DNA from: a virus
IMG/VR virus record: IMGVR_UViG_3300021513_000001
Coordinates: 50,333 to 114,332 of that record
Strand: one strand, 5' to 3'
Length of the DNA stretch: 64,000 nucleotides
Shown here: positions 57,991-64,000 of the stretch, one piece after another
Position numbering within the stretch: position 1 is the first letter of the stretch
Layout: each line of letters starts with the position of its first letter
The notes under the pieces: generated by a model
The model's input: the letters and a program-made list of their open reading frames with translations, nothing else
Databases searched by the model: none
What the model was told of the DNA's origin: nothing
Program-made: the position numbers and the translations under genes

Positions 57991-60697
57991 TTAGGAATTA
58001 CGCCTTACAGAATTTTCATTAGTAATACGACTAATTGGAATTCCACCCTTAACAACAAACACATCATTATTTGTCTTAAAATTAAAGGTTTGTGTAGCAT
58101 TAGTACCCACATCTAAATTACATGCTTCTTCAGTAATCTTTAAGTTATCCACTATAATGGTTTTTAATGGATACTCTCTATCATTTTCGCTATAAGTTCC
58201 AACATTTCCATCATACATATACTCTCTACCTATTAAATCTGATCCGGCCAAAACTTTTCTAGCTGCGCCAGAACCTCCAGCCTCCTCATCGGTTTGCGCG
58301 TAAACCATAACTACTAACTTAAGATAATCCGTTCTCATAAGATCTGTAAGATCTAAATCCTTAAGAGTAGCAGCATCATACTCACTATACTTATCCGCAA
58401 ACACAGACCAATGTTCTAAATCACCAGCGGTAGTCTCAATATTAGCGGTTACAGGAATTGGAAGGGTTAACGGCCTATCATACGGATTAAGATGCCCTAA
58501 CTCGTTCAGTGGCTCACGAGTAAGATCTGCTCCTATCACAACACTAGTTAAACGCCAAGCGCCCTTATAAGAAGTATCTGTAGGACCAACAATATAGATT
58601 TCAACCTGGCCCTGCCTAAGAGCACCAGCAGGATACCGCTCAGAAGCTGATAAAGCCTTAAAATAACAATTCTGTGTAAGTCCGTTATATTTATCAGCAG
58701 CAAATATAGCCTCTAAAGCATTTCCGGATGTAAGAGTAAAACCTGCTCCACTTGGAAAATACAAATAATCATTTACTGAATTATATACAAAATAATCGGC
58801 ATGTGCAGAACTGCCAGCCTCAACACGCCACACCTTTGCTTCTGGAGAAGAAGGATTAGTATTATCATAATGGACTACACCCCTATACCCCTCTTCACTA
58901 GTCCTCATAAAAGCTAAAGAACCGTCAGATAATTCTGCTATAGTTCCACCATCAGTAGTAACTACCACATGGTCACCCTCTGCACCATCTAAATCCCACT
59001 TCTGATAATTAAGAAATTTAGCAGAATTAAGCAGCCACATTTTATTATCTGTTTCAGCTGTATAGTTCTCTGTTGCCTCAGCACCAGTACTATAATTAAA
59101 CTCTACCCTATTAACATAAACATTGTCCATAAACATTGTTTGATCAATATTATTAGACAAAGTCCCCACATCGCATTCACTTTGTATAGGTGACCACAAT
59201 GGAATCCCAGGTAAATTTCCACAAACTATTGCAAAATCAGCAAGACAAGCACCGTGTAAATATTTGCCTGTTTCTGTCATTTGTGTACCACTAACAACAG
59301 CCAAATTAGCATTGGCATTTGTAGCATCTTCATTCATAGCAAGCTTAGCATCTGATACTTGAGCTAAAAGGGCAAACGTTCTAACATCACCCCAATCGTT
59401 CGTATTTAACGTAACTGCGACAGCAGGACATTTCTGTTACTTATAATAACCTCAGCCTTACCTGTTAGGCGGATAAGAATTTCTTCTTATCTCTATATGT
59501 CTCCATATAGGTCGGACTGTACCTTCATCCCTAATCAAGGGAGTTTCACACCCAGTCTCTGAAGGCCCAATTTATAATGAATACTAGTAGGCAAAACAGA
59601 ACTTATCATAAACAAAAAATCTATCAATTTTTTAGTACCATACATACGTAATAACATATCATTTCTACCGTTACTATATTGAGGTCTTATATTTATAGTA
59701 CCCTGAAAAAACTTTGAAACGGCTTTTTTAAGAATAGTCTGTTCTACATAATCAAAAGAATTTGTAGCTATCATACATGAAACTGTCCCGTTTCTTTTAT
59801 CTACATAAACAGAACCGTCATCAGCAAACCAAATAGCCAGTGCAATTAAATTAAGACTATCAATAACATTATTACATAATATATGTTTATGGTTTCTTGA
59901 ATAATACGTTTTATAATAATAAGTTATATCAGGATGTGCAATAGTTCTAAACTCATATTGATTTGTTGAGTACGTTTTTCTTCCAGCAATTATTTTTTGT
60001 TGCTCCTTTTGACTTAAAACAACAGGTCTTGAAAACGGATCTAAAAGTTTTTTTTTCCATTCTAAATATTTACGTTGTTTTTCACAATGTCCAATCTTTA
60101 AATACGCGTTTTTGCTATGTGGGGCCAACCTTAATGTCCCATCACCCAAAACCGAGCCAAGAACAACAGATTTTTGTAAATCAGACAAAGGTGTTTTTCG
60201 TATTTCCTGATAAACTGTCATACAAGATTCTTGTGTTTCTATACCGTACTTTTTAAACCAATATCTTACTGTAGAATAGGCTTTTGATAACTCAGCTGCA
60301 ACTTTTCCTATAGAACCACAAGAAATATATAAACGTATAAGTTCATTTTTACTATATTCTATTTTTTTATTCATTATAAATCAGCTCCCTGCTGATTGTC
60401 TCTATCCTTTATATTATAACTCCGATTTCGGTAGTAATAAAGGCTTAACGAGAGTTTCCAGCATATCGTGAAATTTTACACATCAGTTACCTGATGAGGA
60501 TGCTCCTGATTTTCTCATAAAAAATCAGCTACTTAGTTAACATCATCTACTACGTCGGTTACGTCTAAATGGCCTAGCTCAAAAATATCAGTACTAGTAA
60601 ACGTTGTTGTACTACCCATAGTCTGCACGCGGTATAAAACCTCACCGTTACAATACACAGACTGACTAGCATACATGATCCTATTACGTCTAGCCAT
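57991..60697 (-). CDS. Major tail (tube) protein, spliced: exon 1 60697..60540, exon 2 59428..57991; 531 aa
   Basis: GGAGG RBS and ATG 60697 (MARRNRIMYASQSV...RVQTMG...IFELGHLDVTDVVDDV). Splicing joins in frame to PAVAVTLNTNDWG... and the 448-aa track ORF. Two tube-like ELG motifs. Lies between the tail terminator and chaperones and is followed by a terminator. Confidence 0.85.
59429..60539 (-). ncRNA. Self-splicing group I intron (IA type, probably IA2), 1,111 nt
   Basis: 5' exon ends in U and the intron ends in G. IGS CAGGA-GCAUC (60508-60499) pairs with exon 1 GAUGU (U.G wobble, P1) and exon 2 UCCUG (P10). P=AUGCUGGAAA, Q=AAUCAGCAGG, R=UCAGAGACUG, S=AAGGUACAGUCC. P3 UUUCAC/GUGAAA. GNRA-capped P2, P9 and P9.1. 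Confidence 0.95.
59535..60374 (-). CDS. Intron-encoded LAGLIDADG homing endonuclease (two-motif, LAGLIDADG_2/I-SceI-like) with an N-terminal HTH
   Basis: LSDLQKSVVLGSVLGDG and LAIWFADDGS motifs. HCEKQRKYLEWK. N-terminal SIGKVAAELSKAYSTVRYWFKKYGI helix-turn-helix. Confidence 0.92.
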   Translation of the reverse strand: MNKKIEYSKNELIRLYISCGSIGKVAAELSKAYSTVRYWFKKYGIETQESCMTVYQEIRKTPLSDLQKSVVLGSVLGDGTLRLAPHSKNAYLKIGHCEKQRKYLEWKKKLLDPFSRPVVLSQKEQQKIIAGRKTYSTNQYEFRTIAHPDITYYYKTYYSRNHKHILCNNVIDSLNLIALAIWFADDGSVYVDKRNGTVSCMIATNSFDYVEQTILKKAVSKFFQGTINIRPQYSNGRNDMLLRMYGTKKLIDFLFMISSVLPTSIHYKLGLQRLGVKLP

Positions 60698-60772
60698 TAT
60701 ATTTTAACCTCCATTAAAATTTATTCTCTAATCAAAAAAAAAACTTCTTTCTATAATATTTTAGACAGTTTA

Positions 60773-61546
60773 TTAAGCTTCCTTATAAGCAAAAATTTCT
60801 AAACTAACTTTAGATCTATAAGCATTCAAATCATTATTAAAATCAACAGGTAAATTTAAATAATTAACACTAACATTATTAAATTCTACTTTTGGAATCT
60901 CACTATTGTGGTCACAATTAAAAAAATCATTAAACTCGCCAGACCAATCAAAAACATCACCACCACTAAAATCAAATACTGTTAAACATTTATTATATAA
61001 ACCATCATGAACTATATAAGTTAAATCATCTAATTCTGGTTTAGAACTACCAAAAATAAGTACATCTAAATTACATATATGTTTTTTACCTCCACCTAAT
61101 TGAAAACCCTCACTATTAAATTTTTTCCAATCAAGTAATATAAACGGAAGTTCTGGCACATTTACATAAGGCCACTCATCTATAACAGAAACATAATTCC
61201 ATTTATATTCAAACATGGCAGGAATATCTGTACCAGAAACCAACGTTACTCCCGGAACCTTATAATTTATATTATAATTACTTGAAGATATTTCGCCAGT
61301 AGAATGATAAACTTTAATATAAGATCCCTCGCAACATGTAGAAAAAATACCACTACCTATAGTATCAAATGGATATACTCCTCTACCTCTACCGCCTGCG
61401 TTCGGAGTATAGTCATATGTAGGTTTATACATACCAAGCTGTTCATCAAACTCTAGATTACTGGACTCTGATTCAATATAATTAGACAAAATATTATATT
61501 TTAAATTATAATGTAAACTAAGATTTACCTTTCTTATAAATTCCAT
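60773..61546 (-). CDS. Tail terminator / tail completion protein (257 aa)
   Basis: VIDEWP...LPFILL...GFQLGG...LDVLIFGSSKPELDDL pattern. Directly upstream of the tube gene. Confidence 0.65.
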   Translation of the reverse strand: MEFIRKVNLSLHYNLKYNILSNYIESESSNLEFDEQLGMYKPTYDYTPNAGGRGRGVYPFDTIGSGIFSTCCEGSYIKVYHSTGEISSSNYNINYKVPGVTLVSGTDIPAMFEYKWNYVSVIDEWPYVNVPELPFILLDWKKFNSEGFQLGGGKKHICNLDVLIFGSSKPELDDLTYIVHDGLYNKCLTVFDFSGGDVFDWSGEFNDFFNCDHNSEIPKVEFNNVSVNYLNLPVDFNNDLNAYRSKVSLEIFAYKEA

Positions 61547-62160
61547 TATGTTTTACCGTGTTCTGCTCTTAACGAAGCAGCAAACTCTTCTATTGTTGAT
61601 TTAATAGTAGTATCTATTATTTCAGCTATAAACGATTGATCTATATCAAAAATATTTATTGGACCTGTATTAGAAAATCCCCAACGGGCTTCATTCCACG
61701 AAATTCTTTTATCCCAACCCTCCTTAAAAAAAGCCTCTTTAGATATAAGAAAACCCCCGCTCCACCTACCAAATTTAATATTTTTACCAGACTTGTACGT
61801 TTTATAAAAATCAGGAGATATAAAAGCATATTCTCCAAGCACCCCTTCGAGTATAAAAACCATTGTTTGTAATGGTGTTTTTACATTTCCATCGTATCCA
61901 AGTTTATCTCTATCTCCTAAAGAAAAAGATATACCATCTGGAGTAATAACAAGACTTTCTTCTAATTGCCCTTTTAACATAGAAAAAAACTCATCTTTAA
62001 AATGTTCTGGAGCAGCTGGATCTTTAATTGTTACTTTCCCTATTAACCCTACTTGAAACTTGTCCATTATTCTTCTTATTACTTCTGGCCCTACCTTATT
62101 TTGTATAGAAAAATATAAATTTTTTAAAAGCAATCTCTTTAATTTTCCAGTCATAAACAA
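61546..62160 (-). CDS. Neck / tail completion protein (204 aa)
   Basis: Synteny between head closure and tail terminator. Stop and start codons overlap. Confidence 0.5.
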   Translation of the reverse strand: MFMTGKLKRLLLKNLYFSIQNKVGPEVIRRIMDKFQVGLIGKVTIKDPAAPEHFKDEFFSMLKGQLEESLVITPDGISFSLGDRDKLGYDGNVKTPLQTMVFILEGVLGEYAFISPDFYKTYKSGKNIKFGRWSGGFLISKEAFFKEGWDKRISWNEARWGFSNTGPINIFDIDQSFIAEIIDTTIKSTIEEFAASLRAEHGKT

Positions 62161-62163
62161 CCA

Positions 62164-62709
62164 TTAAAAAGAAGAAGTTTCTTTTATTGTTTCATTATCT
62201 TTAAATTTATCAACACTACATACATACGCAATAAGTATACTTTTTTTAGCAAGACCCCTTACAATAGGTGGATTATATAAAGTACATTTTATACCTTCTA
62301 CTATTATATAATCACACGACTTAAACAAATTTAAATAACAAATATCTGTTTTTAATCTTGCTACAGCCCTCCCTTCAAAGCCATAATCATTAAATATTAG
62401 ATCATTTTCACTAGATTTAGAAGAATTAGCACCACGCCAAACAACAGAAGCATTTATACAAACTTTATTTTCTTGTGTTATTACACCCTCACCCTTACAA
62501 ACAGGACATCTACCAAATTTAAAATAATTCGGATGTCCTGGTGGATTTTTACAAACACCCGAACTTTTTCCAGTAGAGCTGTCAAAAAAACAATTAGGAC
62601 AGGGATGATCTGGTTCAATGCTTATAATTTCTATTTGCTTAGATAATTCCTTTATTACATTTTTTAATACTCGGCCAAATTTTTTTCCTATAGCATCTCG
62701 TTTAAACAT
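62164..62709 (-). CDS. Head closure (stopper)-like protein with a zinc ribbon (181 aa)
   Basis: CPNC...CPVCKGEG followed by beta-barrel-like DYIIVEG...PPIVRGL. Neck gene position. Confidence 0.55.
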   Translation of the reverse strand: MFKRDAIGKKFGRVLKNVIKELSKQIEIISIEPDHPCPNCFFDSSTGKSSGVCKNPPGHPNYFKFGRCPVCKGEGVITQENKVCINASVVWRGANSSKSSENDLIFNDYGFEGRAVARLKTDICYLNLFKSCDYIIVEGIKCTLYNPPIVRGLAKKSILIAYVCSVDKFKDNETIKETSSF

Positions 62710-63305
62710 TAGTCTATCAAAACCCCATCTCTACTTAGCATGTATTGTAAAACCAAGTCATCAAGACGTTTCCGCAACCTATCAAGTATCTTTTGTCTAG
62801 CAGTAAGTGACGGAGTTGGATCATAGTTAGTATCTCCATCACGAATTTTTACACCACTATCTACAGAATCAGATATTAATTCACCTTCTAACAAATCAAT
62901 AGCCGCCTGTAATATAAAATGATCTGAAGTAACAGTAGCAGAAGTTAATCCGGGAGGAATCATAGCATTATTATAAGCATCATTAATACTTGAATCAGAA
63001 TTTCTAAAAGTATAACAATACATATCAATTACATCTGATGGTGCTATAGAACCGCTAAACGTTAAATAACGATAGTCCTGAACAACAACACCGGAAGAAC
63101 TTGTTTCTTCTACGCCATTCCAATAAATAGACTTTGGCCAACCCTTATTTTTCATTTCTATAGTACGGCCATCTTCTGACAATCTAGATTTACAGGTACT
63201 TATATAATCATGTACTACTTTTTTTTCATCGCCTATTAAAATTCGTATTTTATTTACAATTATAGAATCATCAGAAGAAAGCTCTAACTCAGTTTCATAC
63301 GACAT
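62709..63305 (-). CDS. Head-tail connector (adaptor)-like protein (198 aa)
   Basis: KIRILIGD N-terminus. FILQAAIDLL...KIRDGDTNYD...helical C-terminus. Confidence 0.55.
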   Translation of the reverse strand: MSYETELELSSDDSIIVNKIRILIGDEKKVVHDYISTCKSRLSEDGRTIEMKNKGWPKSIYWNGVEETSSSGVVVQDYRYLTFSGSIAPSDVIDMYCYTFRNSDSSINDAYNNAMIPPGLTSATVTSDHFILQAAIDLLEGELISDSVDSGVKIRDGDTNYDPTPSLTARQKILDRLRKRLDDLVLQYMLSRDGVLID

Positions 63306-63335
63306 AATTTAATTCCTAAAATTTTTTTAATTAGA

Positions 63336-63581
63336 TTATAGCTTTACCCAAGGATCAAAACAAGTTTCATGATCAACGACTTGACTCATATCTCCACCAC
63401 CTGTAACTGTACCAGAAACCGTTTGTTCCCAAATTTCATCACGCCACTCTTCTCTAATTTTTATAAGCTCATCAGAACTATTATAATACAATGTTACTTT
63501 AGGATTATACCCTTCTGTACCAACATTAACCCTATCTTTATAAAATTTAACAAATCTAAGTTTTCTATATTCATCAGACAT
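63336..63581 (-). CDS. Hypothetical protein (81 aa)
   Basis: GGAG RBS; ORF in the operon. Confidence 0.65.
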   Translation of the reverse strand: MSDEYRKLRFVKFYKDRVNVGTEGYNPKVTLYYNSSDELIKIREEWRDEIWEQTVSGTVTGGGDMSQVVDHETCFDPWVKL

Positions 63582-63670
63582 AATTTACATCTCCAATTAA
63601 AAAACGATATTCAATCCAAACTTCTTACTATTATTTATTTAATAGGCTTATTTTTTATCCATAAGATCTT

Positions 63671-63766
63671 CTAAGTAAAAGTATAATATCTATCTATTTT
63701 CTTGATCACAGTATAAAATGGCAAATTCTCTTTATACTTTTCAAGTTGATCAATCAATACACTTGA
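63671..63766 (-). pseudogene. 3' remnant of a small gene interrupted by the IS607 element
   Basis: Directly after the terminal GG the frame reads SSVLIDQLEKYKENLPFYTVIKKIDRYYTFT*, a protein-like C-terminus with no start of its own. Confidence 0.6.
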
Positions 63767-64000
63767 CCGATGCTTTTTTGTTAACTCACGTTAACAAATG
63801 CACCACTCTCCTTTTTTTAGAATGATGGGAGCATCTCCCAAAGCCCGCAATAAAATGTTGCGAGCGCCGTTGATATCTCTATCGATCCTGTTTTTTGAAA
63901 CGGTAATAAACTTTTTAGCGCCAAGATTTTCTATGATTTCTCCAGTCCAAGAGTTTGTTTTGCTTGTAAAGGCTTCACTAACTCTAAGAACGGTTTTACC
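63767..64000 (-). mobile_element. Right end of an IS607-family element (tnpB 3' end, omegaRNA, terminal GG); the rest lies beyond the window
   Basis: TnpB C-terminus followed by a terminal hairpin and GCATCGG; source sequence of the MITE copies. Confidence 0.8.
63791..64000 (-). CDS. tnpB: TnpB RNA-guided nuclease, C-terminal 69 aa (partial)
   Basis: GKTVLRVSEAFTSKTNSWTGEIIENLGAKKFITVSKNRIDRDINGARNILLRALGDAP...*. E-x-x-TSK and RuvC-III DRDINGARNI motifs of IS607-type TnpB. Confidence 0.9.
   Translation of the reverse strand, partial: GKTVLRVSEAFTSKTNSWTGEIIENLGAKKFITVSKNRIDRDINGARNILLRALGDAPIILKKGEWCIC

Noticed and set aside
57991-59337. 448-aa ORF as a complete gene starting at MNEDAT
   Set aside because: No RBS, and the frame is open upstream to the intron 3' splice site. 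It is exon 2 of the spliced tail gene.
59535-60374. LAGLIDADG domain as part of an intein
   Set aside because: Free-standing ORF with its own start and stop, no Cys/Ser...His-Asn splice motifs, and surrounded by group I RNA elements.
63767-64000. IStron (group I intron-IS607 hybrid)
   Set aside because: No intron core is visible in the mini-elements or the visible part. It cannot be excluded for the portion outside the window.
1-64000. Stop-codon reassignment as seen in some large phages
   Set aside because: Standard code gives near-complete coding density with multi-kilobase ORFs. TAA and TAG both end tightly packed genes, and TGA ends the endonuclease ORF.

Overview
AT-rich window with essentially all genes on the minus strand. 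It is the virion morphogenesis operon of a very large tailed phage, probably siphovirus-like since no tail sheath is recognisable. Reading from right to left: the 3' end of an IS607-type tnpB element inserted into a small gene; head-tail connector, neck and tail-terminator genes; a major tail (tube) gene split by a 1,111-nt group IA intron carrying a LAGLIDADG homing endonuclease; two paralogous tail assembly chaperones; a 5,563-aa tape measure protein; hub/baseplate genes; and about 35 kb of Ig-, lectin-, LamG- and beta-helix-containing fibre or appendage genes up to 3,320 aa, the last running off the left edge. The main observation is that the N-terminal half of the tape measure protein carries, in the correct order, the beta and beta' core motifs of a two-barrel DNA-dependent RNA polymerase (FED, GxKxxxHxGxKG, KRLN, GQKL, RFP, NADLDGD). 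It therefore looks like a single-chain RNA polymerase fused to the tape measure, probably packaged in and ejected from the virion. Secondary observations: two identical 167-bp non-autonomous IS607/omegaRNA mini-elements inserted at GG in ribosome-binding regions, plus degenerate relatives. All family assignments come from motif recognition by eye; no database searches were run.
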